Positions 23,126 to 35,136 of a DNA stretch of 64,000 nt are shown here, piece after piece. Every line of letters starts with the position of its first letter. Within the stretch, counting starts at the first letter, position 1. Source of the stretch: an uncultured delta proteobacterium (lineage in GTDB: Bacteria > Myxococcota > Myxococcia > SLRQ01); NCBI GenBank assembly GCA_963727485.1, contig CAVSGM010000001.1:32001-96000 (forward strand), in the 5' to 3' direction. Below the pieces are notes generated by a model, which was not told the origin of the DNA, ran no database searches, and worked only from the letters and a program-made list of their open reading frames with translations. The position numbers and the translations under genes were made by a program.

Positions 23126-24100
23126 CTACACCTTGCCGCCCGCCTCAACAAAGCCGGCGATCCCGGTGGTCTCCCGCGCCGCCGTCAGGAGGGGGACGAC
23201 CTCCCAGCCGTCCTCGAGGCGCGAGAGGACGTGGTCGAGGCGGCGGCGCTTCTCGGACAGGGGGATGGCGAGGTCCCGCTGCCGGCGCACCAGGGGCGCC
23301 GGGATCCCGTCGGCGGAGTCCATGAGGTCGATGCCGTGGAGCTCGAGGCTCACGAAGTCCCGGCGGGCCATGAGGGCGAGGCCCGCCTGCACCAGGCCGA
23401 AGGGGAGGCTGGTGACGCTGGTGCCGATGAAGGGGATGCCGGTGAGCGGGACCGTGGCCACCGGGAGCTCCACCAGGGGCCCGTGGCCCTGGCGCCAGAA
23501 GGCCGCCGGGTCCGGGCGGTAGGGCCCGGTGGGGGCCAGGAGGACCTCGGGGCGGCCGGCGTGGGACTGGGAGGGGCGGCCGGCGAGGCGCAGGGCCCCG
23601 ATGACCGAGGCCCGGGCGGCGTAGTAGGGCGCCGAGGGGAAGACCGAGGCGTCGTAGGTGTAGCCCTGGGCGGCGAGGGCGGCGAAGAGGGTCTCGCTGA
23701 CGTTGTAGCCCGGGGCCCGGAAGCCCAGCGGCCGGGTGCCGGTGGCCGCCTCGATGGCGGCGGCGCCCCGGGCGATCTCGTCGTCGATGCGCGCCCGGGA
23801 GAGGCCGGCGAGGCCGTAGACGTGGCGGAAGGTGTGGTTGCCGATCTCGTGGCCGGCGTCCGCCAGGGCCTTGAGCGCCGCCCGGGCCGCCTCGCCGTCG
23901 GGGCCTTCGCCCCGGAGGGTCTCGCCGATGGCGAAGACCGTGCCCTGGAGGCCGTGGCGGTCCATCAGCTCGGCGAAGCGCTGGCCCCCGAGGCGGAGGA
24001 CGTCGCTCTCGGCACCGGTGAGCCCCTCGGGGAGCCCGTGGATCCGCGCGTAGTGGACCAGCTCGTCGAGGTCGATGCTCACGCAGGCCAGCCGGCGCAT
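23126..24100 (-). CDS. Polysaccharide deacetylase family protein (CE4)
   Basis: SIDLDE, GHEIGNHTFRH, GFRAPGY, YDASVFP. Confidence 0.88.
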   Translation of the reverse strand: MRRLACVSIDLDELVHYARIHGLPEGLTGAESDVLRLGGQRFAELMDRHGLQGTVFAIGETLRGEGPDGEAARAALKALADAGHEIGNHTFRHVYGLAGLSRARIDDEIARGAAAIEAATGTRPLGFRAPGYNVSETLFAALAAQGYTYDASVFPSAPYYAARASVIGALRLAGRPSQSHAGRPEVLLAPTGPYRPDPAAFWRQGHGPLVELPVATVPLTGIPFIGTSVTSLPFGLVQAGLALMARRDFVSLELHGIDLMDSADGIPAPLVRRQRDLAIPLSEKRRRLDHVLSRLEDGWEVVPLLTAARETTGIAGFVEAGGKV

Positions 24101-24825
24101 CAGTCCCCCTGCAGGCGGATGACCCACACCAGCTTCGCCAGGCCCGAGAGCACCCGGGGCACCCGCCGCATCAGGTGGATCGACGGCGGCCGCTTCTCGT
24201 GGACGTCCACCGGGATCTCGACCACCCGCCGGCCCATGCGCTCGGCGCGGATCACCAGCTCGGAGGCGAAGAGGTCGCGGGTGACCACGCAGCGCTCGAC
24301 CACCGGGAGCAGCCGCGCCCGGCGGAAGGCCTTGAGGCCGTGGGTGTCGGTGCCGTGGAAGCCGAGGCTCACCCGGAGCATCCCGTTGATCACCCGGGTC
24401 GCCGACCGGCGGATGAGGGGCCTGGAGTCGTTGGCGCCCCGCGCCGTCTTGGAGCCGACCACCAGGTCCGCCTCGTCGAGGCGGAGCATGGGCAGGGCCC
24501 GGTCGTAGAAGTCGACGTCGCACAGGTCGATCTCGTCGCAGTGGACGATCTCGCCCCGGGCCTCGAGGATCCCCCGGCGCAGGGCGGCGCCGTAGTCGGG
24601 GGTGTCGGAGGTGAGCCCCCGGATCCGCGGGTCGGCGCCGGTGAGCCGCTCGAGGATCTCCCGGGTGCGATCGGTGGAGCCGTTCTCCGAGAGGAGGATC
24701 TCGAAGTCGAGGCCCCGCTCGTCGAGGGCGGCGGCGAGCCCGGTGGCGGCGGACTCGACGATGGCCTCCTCGTTGTACACGGGGATGACCACCGAGACCT
24801 CGGGCGTGGCTCGGGCGCCGCTCAT
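24100..24825 (-). CDS. GT2 glycosyltransferase (polyprenol-phosphate glycosyltransferase-like)
   Basis: SVVIPVYNE, ENGSTDRT, YGAALRRG, DTHGLKAF. Confidence 0.9.
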   Translation of the reverse strand: MSGARATPEVSVVIPVYNEEAIVESAATGLAAALDERGLDFEILLSENGSTDRTREILERLTGADPRIRGLTSDTPDYGAALRRGILEARGEIVHCDEIDLCDVDFYDRALPMLRLDEADLVVGSKTARGANDSRPLIRRSATRVINGMLRVSLGFHGTDTHGLKAFRRARLLPVVERCVVTRDLFASELVIRAERMGRRVVEIPVDVHEKRPPSIHLMRRVPRVLSGLAKLVWVIRLQGD

Positions 24826-26151
24826 GACGCCGCGGCTCCGAGGATCCCCTTCGCGGCCTCCCGGCCGGCGATGAGCGCGTCCTCCATCGACGAGTACTCC
24901 CAGTTGCCGAAGCGGCCGATGCTGCGCACCCCCCGGCGCTCCAGCCAGTCGAGGACCGCGGCGCGGCGGGGGCCGTGGTGGTGGTCGAAGATCACGTAGG
25001 CCACGGGGATGACCTTGGCCTCGGTGAACCGGACGCGGTCCTCGGCGCGGATGAGGCCGCAGGCCTTCAGGCCCTCCACCGCCTGCCGCTCACAGGTGGC
25101 GCCGTCGAGGGGCCCCTGGTGGGCGAACTCCACGTAGAACGACCGGCCGCCCGGAGGGGCGAGGCCCGGGACCGCCGCCGAGGCGCACCCGGCGCGGTAG
25201 AAGGGGAAGCGCGGCTCCGGGAAGTAGACCCACTGGTAGTCGAGGGGTGGGGTGCCGGCGCCGATCTCCACCGCCACGTTCACATAGGTGACGCTGGTGG
25301 CGGTGAGCCCCGCCGCCGCCTCGCGGACCGGGTCCGGGGCGTCGGTCACCCGCTCCACCAGGGCCGGCAGGGGCAGGGTGGAGACCAGGTGGTCGTAGCC
25401 GTGCCGGGCCCCGGAGGCGGTCTGCACCTCCCGGCGGGCTGGTGTCGACGGCGGTGACCGGGTCGGCGAGGTCGAGGGGGCCGGTGAGCCGGGCGGCGAG
25501 GCGGTCGGGGATCACCTGGATGCCGCCTTCGCGGGGGTAGACGAAGCGCGCGTTGTAGCCCTGCTCACCGGTGGGGGCGCCGAGGGCCCCGCGCACCACG
25601 TCCTCCACCGAGGGGTGGGGGACGAAGCGGCCGGTCCACTCGGCGGAGATCCCGTCGAGGTCCACGGTCCACAGCTTCTCGTTGTAGGGGAACATGAAGT
25701 GGCGGCCGATGCCCTCGCCGAGCTCCCGGAGGACGAACTCCCGGAAGCTCTTCGGCTCGCCCTCGCGCCGCGCCCGGCCGCCCTCGCCGAAGCGGGCCTC
25801 GATGAAGCCCATGAGGCACTCGTAGCGCGCCTCCGGGGGGAGCGCCCAGGTGTTGGTCTGGAACGGGTAGGGCAGGAAGGTCCCGTGGGTGTGGATCCAG
25901 GCCGAGCGGGCGACCCAGACGGCGTCGTCGCCGAGGAGGTCCTCGACCAGGGCCTTGGTCGCCGGATCCCGGAGGTGGAGCCAGTGGCCGGTGGCGTCGA
26001 AGGTGAAGCCGTCCCGGTGGCTGGAGCGGGCCAGCCCGCCGACCCGGTCCCGGGCCTCGAGGACGCGGTAGTCGGCCCCCGCCTGCTCGAGGGTGTGGGC
26101 GGTGCCGAGTCCGGCGAGGCCGGCGCCGAGGATGAGGGTGGTGGGGGGCAC
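24822..26151 (-). CDS. FAD-dependent oxidoreductase (protoporphyrinogen oxidase / UDP-galactopyranose mutase-like), frameshift near 25435
   Basis: ILGAGLAG, EARDRVGGLARS, FDATGHWLH, PYNEKLW, YPREGG, IGRFGNWEYSSMED. Confidence 0.85.
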
Positions 26152-26322
26152 GCAGTCAGCCCCATACCACACGGCCCGCTCGCGCCCAACGCGGTCGGCG
26201 AGCGTGGCGGCCTCGGGCCCGCGGGGGGCGCCCGCCGGCACCGGGCCCGGCACGTTGCCCCGCGGCCGACACGGATGGTAGCGTTCCTCCCGCGGCCTTA
26301 AGCGACTTCTGGCAGAGGTGCC

Positions 26323-29300
26323 ATGCTCGTTTCCTGCCCTTCGTGTCAGGCGAAGTACAACATCGATGACGCGCGCATCCCCGCCTCGGGGCTGAAGCTC
26401 AAGTGCCCCAAGTGCACCACGGTGTTTCCGGTGCAGGGGGGTGCGGGCGGCGGCGGTGATGTGCCCCTTCCCGGTGCCGGTGCCCCAGCGGGTGGCGGCG
26501 CCCCGGGTGCCGTGCCCCTCCCGGGCAACGCGCCCCCGGCCGGCCCGCCTCCGGGGGCCGCCGCGCCCCCCTCCGGTGCCGTGCCCCTCCCGGGCAACGC
26601 GCCCCCCGCCGGCCCGCCTCCGGGGGCCGCCGCGCCCCCGTCCGGCGGCGTGCCCCTCCCGGGTGGCGCGCCCCCCGCCGGCCCGCCTCCGGGGGCCGCC
26701 GCGCCCCCGTCCGGCGGCGTGCCCCTCCCGGGTGGCGCGCCCCCCGCCGGCCCGCCTCCGGGGGCCGCCGCGCCGCCGTCCTCTGGCGTGCCCCTCCCGG
26801 GTGGCGCGCCCCCCGCCGGCCCGCCTCCAGGGGCCGCCGCGCCGCCGTCCTCTGGCGTGCCCCTCCCGGGTGGCGCGCCCCCCGCCGGCCCGCCTCCAGG
26901 GGCCGCCGCGCCGCCGTCCTCTGGCGTGCCCCTCCCGGGTGGCGCGCCCCCCGCCGGCCCGCCTCCGGGGGCCGCCGCGCCGCCGTCCTCTGGCGTGCCC
27001 CTCCCGGGCGGCGCGCCACCCGCCGGCCCGCCTCCGGGGGCCGCCGCGCCGCCGTTCGGCGGCGTGCCCCTCCCGGGCGCCCCCGCCGCCGGCGGCGCCG
27101 ACTACGGCAACGTCGACCTCGGCGACGCCCCGGACAGCGGCGCCACCCGGGTCTACGCCGCGCCCCCGTCCATGCCCGAGTTCGGGAACGTCGACCTCGG
27201 CGCCGACGATCCGGCGCCGGCCCCGGACGGTGGCGCCGGCTTCGATCCCTTCTCGGGCGTCGATCTCCCCGACCCCGGCGCCGCGCCCCCGGCCGCCCCG
27301 CCAGTCGCCGCGCCCCCGGTGCCTCCGCCGGTCGCCGCCCCGCTCCCCCCGCAGGCGCCGGGCTCCGGCTTCGCCTTCGGGGACGACGGCACGGACGACC
27401 TCTCGTTCGATCCCGCCGCGGCCCCGACGCCCTCGGCGCCGCCCCCGGGCGACGACCTCTCCTTCGATCCCACCGCGGCCCCGGCCCCGGACGGCGGCGA
27501 CCTCGAGCTCGACCTCGGCGACGCCCCGGCCCCGGCCCCCGCGGCCCCCGCGGGCGGGGGCGGCGACGACCTGGAGATCCTCGACTTCATCGACAACGAG
27601 TACCAGGCCGCCAAGGACTCGGGCGCCAAGGTCCGCGAGGCCGGCCCCGAGAAGTACCGGGTCCGCCGGAAGAGCGGGAAGACCTTCGGCCCCTTCGAGC
27701 CGGAGGTGGTGGTCACCATGCTCAAGGAGGGCCAGCTCCTCGGCAACGAGGAGGTGTCCACCGACGGCAACACCTGGAAGCCCATCGGCTCGGTGCCCCA
27801 GTTCGCCGAGGCCATCCAGGCCCTGATGGAGGCCCCGTCGCTGGGCCACGACGCCCCGATGATGGGGGCCCTGCCTGAGGGCGCCGACGACCTCGACGAC
27901 ACCGACACCGTGGCCCCCAAGGGCAAGGGCTACGGGGTCTACGGGATGTCGGCGGCGGTGAAGAGCACCACCGCCGCCCGGACCGCCCCGAGCAAGGTCT
28001 TCCTGGCCAAGCTCAAGAAGCGCTGGCCCCTGGTGACCGCCGGCGTGCTCCTCCTGGGGATCCTCGGCTTCGGCATCTACCTCGGCTTCACGCCCTACGG
28101 CTACTTCGCGTACAAGCTGGTGTTCACCCCCGGCGCCGGGGGGCACAACAAGCCCACGAGGGAGCTGCTCTCCGACGCCCGCAAGGGCATCGCCGACGAC
28201 ACCTTCGCCGGGTACACCCAGGCCCTCGAGAGCGCCAAGGCGGCGCTGGCGGCCAACGGCGACGACGTCGAGGCCCAGAGCCTCTACTGCCAGGCGGCCT
28301 TCTACCTCCAGCGCCTCTACGAGGGCCACAGCGTCCAGGTGAAGCGGGCGCTCGGCTACATGCACGACCTCTCGGTCACCAGCAAGGACTACCCGCCCTA
28401 CCTCAAGGCGAAGATGGACGAGGCCCTCCTCGAGGGCAACGAGGCCGCCGCCCGGCCGGCCCTGGTGGCCCTGGTGAACAAGCACCCCAAGGACCTCGAG
28501 GCCCTCTACCTCCTCGGGGCCTCGTACTTCCACGCCCGGGACGCCAAGCACGCCACCGCCTGGATCGACAAGATCCTGGTCGTCGATCCCACGAACGCCA
28601 AGGCCTTCCACGCCGAGGCGTTCATCCACACCATGCTCAAGACGCCCGAGGCCCGGGACACGGCCATCGCCTACTTCCAGAAGGCCCTGGACGCGAACCC
28701 CCAGCACCTCTCCTCGGCCCTCGAGCTCGCCCACCTCTACCTGGTGAACGACGACCCGAACCTGGCCAAGGGCGAGGCCGCGTTGGATCGGGTGGCCGGG
28801 GACGCCTTCAAGACCCTCTCGCGGTCGGAGCAGGCCCGCGCCGACTACCTGCGCGGGGTCCTCGACAGCCTCAAGGGCCAGGTGGCCAAGGCCGCCAAGG
28901 TCTTCGACCAGGCGGTCACCCTCGATCCCAAGTCGGCGTTTGGCCGCACCGCCTACGGCGAGTTCCTCCTCAAGCGTCACCAGTACGAGAGCGCCGCCAA
29001 CCAGCTCGCCGCGGCGGTGAAGCTCGCGCCGGGGAGCATCCGGGTCGCCGGCCTCCACGTCGAGGCGCTCATCCGCTCCGGCCGGGCCCTCGACGCCACC
29101 CAGGCCCTCAACGCCCTCAAGGGGCGGGCGCCGGCCAACGCCCAGGTGATCTTCCTCGAGGGCCTCCTCGCCCACAGCAAGGGCGACGACGACGTGGCCC
29201 AGGGCCTCTACGCCAAGGCGATGAAGGCCGACCCCCACTACTACCGGGCCGCCCTGGCGCTCGGGAACCTCTTCCTCGAGGAGCGGCGGGTCAAGGAGGC

Positions 29301-30420
29301 GGAGGCCCCGATGCGCGCCGCGGTGGCCGGGGGCCCGCGAATCCCGAGACCCACGTGGGCCTGGGTCAGTACCTCCTCGCCGCCCACCGGGCCCCCGAGG
29401 CCAAGGCCGCCTTCGAGGACGCCCTCAAGCTCTCCAGCGACAATCCCGGGGCCCACCTGGGCCTCGCCCGGGCCTACGCCCAGATGGGCGACAACGACCA
29501 GGCCAAGGCCGAGTTCGGCAAGGTCCGCCAGACCTCCAAGGACTTCCCGGACCTCGCCTTCTACTATGGCAGCTGGCTGTGGAAGCAGGGCCAGCTCGAG
29601 TCCGCCGCCGACAGCCTGAAGCAGGCCCACGCCCAGGACCCCAAGAACCCGGCGGTCCAGGCCCGCTACGGGGCCGTGCTCTACGACCTGGGCAAGATCG
29701 ACGAGGCGGGCCAGCAGCTCGTCGCCGCCACCAACGAGGGCGGCAACCTCGGCGAGGCCTTCTACTACCTGGGCCTGGTCTACGCGAAGCAGGGGGACCT
29801 GCGCTCGGCGGAGAACCGGATGCAGACCGCCATCCACCTCGAGCCCGAGAACTCCCGCTACCGCTTCGCCCTCGGCGAGCTCAACGAGAAGGACAACGAA
29901 TCTCACCGCGGCCCTGCGCGACTACCAGGAGGCCACCAAGCTCGACGATCAGTACGTCGACGCCTGGGTGAAGATCGGCACGGTGGACGCGAGCCTCAAC
30001 GACTACCCGGACGCGGTGCGCGCCTACAAGTCGGCGCTGAAGGTGGACCCGGAGCGCGGCGACATCCTCGCCCGCATCGCCGACACCTACACCCGGACCT
30101 CGCAGCTCAAGCGGGCCATCGACTGGTACCGCAAGGCCCTGGCCGCCAAGAGCGGCGACGTCCACGGGGTCTACTTCAAGCTCGCCCGGGCCGACGACGA
30201 CGCGGGGCACAAGCGCGAGGCCGAGGCGATGTACCTCAAGGCCCTCAAGGTCGACCCCAAGAACGCCAAGCCCCACTACTACCTGGGCTACCTCTACAAG
30301 GACCAGCGCAAGTGGAAGCAGGCCCTGGCCCACTTCGAGGCCTACCTCAAGGCCACCCCCAAGACCGACTCGACCTACGCCGAGGTCAAGGACGAGGTCT
30401 ACGACCTCAAGCACCAGTAG
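26323..30420 (+). CDS. MJ0042-type zinc ribbon / Pro-rich repeats / GYF-like / TM / long TPR protein, frameshifts near 29335 and 29905
   Basis: CPSCQAKY...CPKC; YRVRRKSGKTFGPF...EEVSTDGNTWKPI (GYF_2-like); TM LVTAGVLLLGILGFGIYL; TPRs continue through ORFs 29355 and 29968..30420. Confidence 0.85.
26512..27063 (+). repeat. 69-bp tandem repeat x8 (23 aa, VPLPG[N/G]APPAGPPPGAAAPPS..)
   Basis: GTGCCCCTC recurs at 26512, 26581, 26650, 26719, 26788, 26857, 26926, 26995 and 27064. Confidence 0.96.
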
Positions 30421-30462
30421 GGGCCGGCCCCGGGGCTCCCGGGCCGGGGGCCCCGGCGGGGA

Positions 30463-31081
30463 TCAGCGCCCGGAGGCGGCGGCCTGGCCGGCGCCGGGCT
30501 TGGGACCCCGGAGCTGGCGGAGGCGCTCGGCACGCCGGAGCAGCCGCCGGATCTCCCGGGGGAAGTCCCGGTAGAAGCGCATCAGCCGGGCCTTCTGCTG
30601 CGGGGTGAGGCCCTGCATCATCTCCTGGGCCTCCTGGGCCCGGAGGTCGTCGATCTTGGCCTGGGCGGTGAGGACCTCCTGCACCGCGGCGTCGACGGTG
30701 GCGGCGTCGGCCTGCTTGGCGCGGGAGGCCTGGTCCAGGGTCTTCATCCCCGCCTTGAGCTGCTCGCGGATCTCGGCGCGCTGCTCGTCGTAGCGCTCCA
30801 TGATCGCGTTGAGCTTGAGGGCGGTGGCCGAGTCGAGGTTCAGGCGGTTGGCCAGCGCCAGGGCCCGCAGGGTCTTGATCCGGTCCTCGACCCGCTCGAG
30901 GCGGGCCTCGGCGGCGGCCTTGCGGGCCGCCTCGTGCTTCGCCTGGGCGGCGGCCCGGGCCTGGGCCTGGGCGGCCGCAGGGCGGCCGGGGGCGGGCGGC
31001 GTGGGCCGGGGCGCCCGAGGCGGCGTGGGCGGCCAGGGGCGCGGCGAGGAGGGCAAGGGCGACAACGAGGGACGTGCGCAT
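30463..31081 (-). CDS. Periplasmic Spy/CpxP/heavy-metal-sensor-like helical protein, frameshift near 30990
   Basis: Signal peptide MRTSLVVALALLAAPLAAHA; LNLD...LTPQQKARL motif. Confidence 0.7.
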
Positions 31082-31095
31082 GGGCGCGGTTGCTC

Positions 31096-31692
31096 CTAGC
31101 CGGGGAAGTCGTCGAGGACCGAGTCGAGGTCCGTCGGCGAGGCACCGGCCATCAGGTCGTGGACGTCGACCCCCCAGGTCCCGCCGCCGAGGACCGAGTC
31201 GAGGTCGTCGGGGGTCACGCCGTCGGGGTCGACGACGGCGGCCTCGAGGGCGGAGACCGACTGGGGATCGAGCTGGGTGGCGTCTTGGAGGATGGTGCCC
31301 GGGCCGATGGGATCGTCGGGTCCCGGATCGAGGACGGCCGCCGGGAGGGCGACCAGGCTCCGGCTCGGGCCCCGGCGGTGCCAGGGGCCAGGGGCCACCT
31401 GGAGGATCAGGGCCACGGCGACCACCATGGTGGCCGCGGGGGCCAGGGCGAAGAGGGCGAAGGTCTTGCGGTGGCGCCCCTTGTCCGCCTCGCCGCGGAT
31501 CCGGGCGGCGAGCCAGGGGCCCGGTTCGGGGGCGGGCTCGGGGGCCAGGTAGGCGAGGTCGGCGTGGAGGGTGTCGAGCTCGGCCCGGCAGGCCGCGCAC
31601 CCCTCGAGGTGGGCGGCGAGGGACGGGGTGGGGCGGTGGCCCTCGGCGGCGTCGACCAGGTCGGCGACGAATGGCTCACAGGCGGCATTCAT
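31096..31692 (-). CDS. Zinc-binding anti-sigma factor (zf-HC2) with TM
   Basis: HLEGCAAC (HxxxCxxC), one TM; overlaps the ECF sigma stop by 4 nt. Confidence 0.82.
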   Translation of the reverse strand: MNAACEPFVADLVDAAEGHRPTPSLAAHLEGCAACRAELDTLHADLAYLAPEPAPEPGPWLAARIRGEADKGRHRKTFALFALAPAATMVVAVALILQVAPGPWHRRGPSRSLVALPAAVLDPGPDDPIGPGTILQDATQLDPQSVSALEAAVVDPDGVTPDDLDSVLGGGTWGVDVHDLMAGASPTDLDSVLDDFPG

Positions 31693-32273
31693 GGCAGGTC
31701 CGCGAGACGCTGGCGCAGGGTGCGCACGGCGTGGTGGAAGGACACCTTGGCGCTCGCCTCCGTGGTGTCGAGGATCCGGGCAATCTCCTTGAAGGGCAGG
31801 TCGGCGTCCAGGCGCAGGCGGACGACCTCCCGCTGCATCCTCGGGAGCTTGTCGACCGCCGCCCGGATGGCGTCGGCCCGCTCCCTCGCTTCCAGGACCT
31901 CGTGGGGGTCGTCATCGGCCACCGGGGTCTCGAAGATGGCCTCGGGCTCCGCCTGGCGCCACCTTCGGGCGTTGCGGTGGCGGTTTCTGGCGAGGTTGAG
32001 GGCGATGCGGAACAGCCAGGTGCGAAACGCCCCACCGCCCCGGAGGCGGCCGAGGCGCCCGATGGCCTTGAGGAAGGCCTTCTGGGTCAGGTCCTCGGCG
32101 GCGGTGGGGTCACCGGTGGTCCGGAGCACCAGGCGGTAGACGGCGCTCTGGTGGCGCCGGATGAGCTTCTCCAGGGCGGCGCCGTCACCCGCCCGCCAGG
32201 CCTCCACCAGCTCGGCGTCGGTGGGCCCGGTCTCCGTGGGGCGGCCTCTGGGGCGGTGGCGGGGGTCGCGCAT
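31689..32273 (-). CDS. ECF RNA polymerase sigma factor
   Basis: DAELV, AEDLTQKAF, FRTWLFRIALN, LPFKEIARIL. Start is uncertain. Confidence 0.92.
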   Translation of the reverse strand: MRDPRHRPRGRPTETGPTDAELVEAWRAGDGAALEKLIRRHQSAVYRLVLRTTGDPTAAEDLTQKAFLKAIGRLGRLRGGGAFRTWLFRIALNLARNRHRNARRWRQAEPEAIFETPVADDDPHEVLEARERADAIRAAVDKLPRMQREVVRLRLDADLPFKEIARILDTTEASAKVSFHHAVRTLRQRLADLP

Positions 32274-32428
32274 GGGGACGACGTTCACACCAGGACGGAC
32301 ACCCTGGACAGGTCCAAGGTAAACCAGCCGCGGGGGATCTTGCATCCCGGGGGGGCTCCCCGCCGGTGCCGGGCCCGTCGGGGGAGGCGGCCACCCGGGC
32401 CCCGGCGAACCGTCCCCGAGGCGCCGCG

Positions 32429-33777
<1,349 letters not shown>

Positions 33778-33820
33778 CGCCGGAGGGCGGCGCGGCTAGA
33801 TAGGAACGCCCCGCGGGTCG

Positions 33821-33910
33821 GGAGGAGTGGCCGAGTGGTCTAAGGCGGCTGTCTTGAAAACAGCTGGGGGTGAAAGCCTCCCGTGGGTTCGAATCCTACC
33901 TCCTCCGCCA
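33821..33910 (+). tRNA. tRNA-Ser (anticodon TGA)
   Basis: GGAGGAG/CTCCTCC acceptor stem, GCTGT-cttgaaa-ACAGC, long variable arm, GGTTCGAATCC, CCA. Confidence 0.96.
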
Positions 33911-33934
33911 ATGGTCAGGGAGCAATCGAATACT

Positions 33935-34024
<90 letters not shown>

Positions 34025-34037
34025 GCTGGTGATTTGG

Positions 34038-34114
34038 GCGCCCGTAGCTCAATTGGATAGAGTGACGGACTACGGATCCGTAGGTTGCAGGTTCGACTCC
34101 TGCCGGGCGCGCCA
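34038..34114 (+). tRNA. tRNA-Arg (anticodon ACG)
   Basis: GCGCCCG/CGGGCGC stem, ACGGA-ctacgga-TCCGT, GGTTCGACTCC, CCA. Confidence 0.96.
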
Positions 34115-34201
34115 CTCCCCTTCCCCAAGCCGCCCCGGGGCCATGAGGCTCCGGGGCGGCGGGGTCTTCTCCCGCCGGGGCCCCCGGCCCCGCCCGAGCC
34201 C

Positions 34202-34708
34202 ATGAGCGAAGGCCCCGATCCCACGGTCGATCCGGCCCTCGACGCGGCCTTCATGGCCGAGGCCCTCGCCGAGGCGAAGGCCGCCGAGGCTCTAGGCGAG
34301 GTCCCCATCGGGGCGGTGGTGGTCTTCGAGGGCCGGGTGATCGCCCGGGCCGGGAACACCCGCGAGTCGGCCCAGGACCCCTTCGGGCACGCCGAGCTCT
34401 CGGCCATGCGCGCCGCCGCCGCCGCCCGCTCGGGCTGGCGGCTCACCGGGTGCACCCTCTACGTCACCCTCGAGCCCTGTACCATGTGCGCCGGGGCCAT
34501 CGTCCTCGCCCGGGTGGACCGGGTGGTCTTCGGGGCGAGAGACCCCAAGGCCGGGGCCGTGGGCTCCCTCTACGACCTCCCGGCGGACCCCCGGCTCAAC
34601 CACCGGCCGATCGTCCAAGGGGGCGTCCTCGCTGAAGAATGCGGCGAGCTCCTCCGGGCGTTCTTCCGGGCGCGGCGCCGGGGCGGGCCCGGTGCAGGCG
34701 ATTGCTGA
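34202..34708 (+). CDS. tadA: tRNA adenosine(34) deaminase
   Basis: GEVPIGAV, HAE, TLEPCTMCAGA, DPKAGA, LNH. Confidence 0.95.
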   Translation: MSEGPDPTVDPALDAAFMAEALAEAKAAEALGEVPIGAVVVFEGRVIARAGNTRESAQDPFGHAELSAMRAAAAARSGWRLTGCTLYVTLEPCTMCAGAIVLARVDRVVFGARDPKAGAVGSLYDLPADPRLNHRPIVQGGVLAEECGELLRAFFRARRRGGPGAGDC

Positions 34709-34741
34709 CACCACCAAAGGCCGTGTGCTATACGCCGCCGC

Positions 34742-34831
34742 GGAGAGATGGCCGAGTGGTCGAAGGCGCCTGACTCGAAATCAGGTGTGCCCGTGAGGGT
34801 ACCGTGGGTTCGAATCCCACTCTCTCCGCCA
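34742..34831 (+). tRNA. tRNA-Ser (anticodon CGA)
   Basis: CCTGA-ctcgaaa-TCAGG, long variable arm, CCA. Confidence 0.96.
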
Positions 34832-34863
34832 GCCTGCATATGGGGACCGGCCGGTCCCCACCT

Positions 34864-34955
<92 letters not shown>

Positions 34956-34966
34956 GTTGTGCATAT

Positions 34967-35065
<99 letters not shown>

Positions 35066-35073
35066 GCCCTCTT

Positions 35074-35111
35074 GTCGGGGGCTCCATCTATAAAGAGGTG
35101 GAGCCCCCGAC
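35074..35111 (+). terminator. Strong hairpin after ffs (terminator-like, no U-tract)
   Basis: GTCGGGGGCTCCATCT-ataaag-AGGTGGAGCCCCCGAC, 16-bp stem with one G-U. Confidence 0.55.
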
Positions 35112-35136
35112 GTCTCCCTCGCCCCAGGGTCCCGGC

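Noticed and set aside
18847..27063. Tandem repeats as CRISPR arrays
   Set aside because: No unique spacers, unit lengths are multiples of 3 inside coding frames, and no cas genes.
33821..33910. Possible tRNA-Sec given selB nearby
   Set aside because: The anticodon is TGA (Ser), not TCA, and the acceptor stem is a normal 7 bp.
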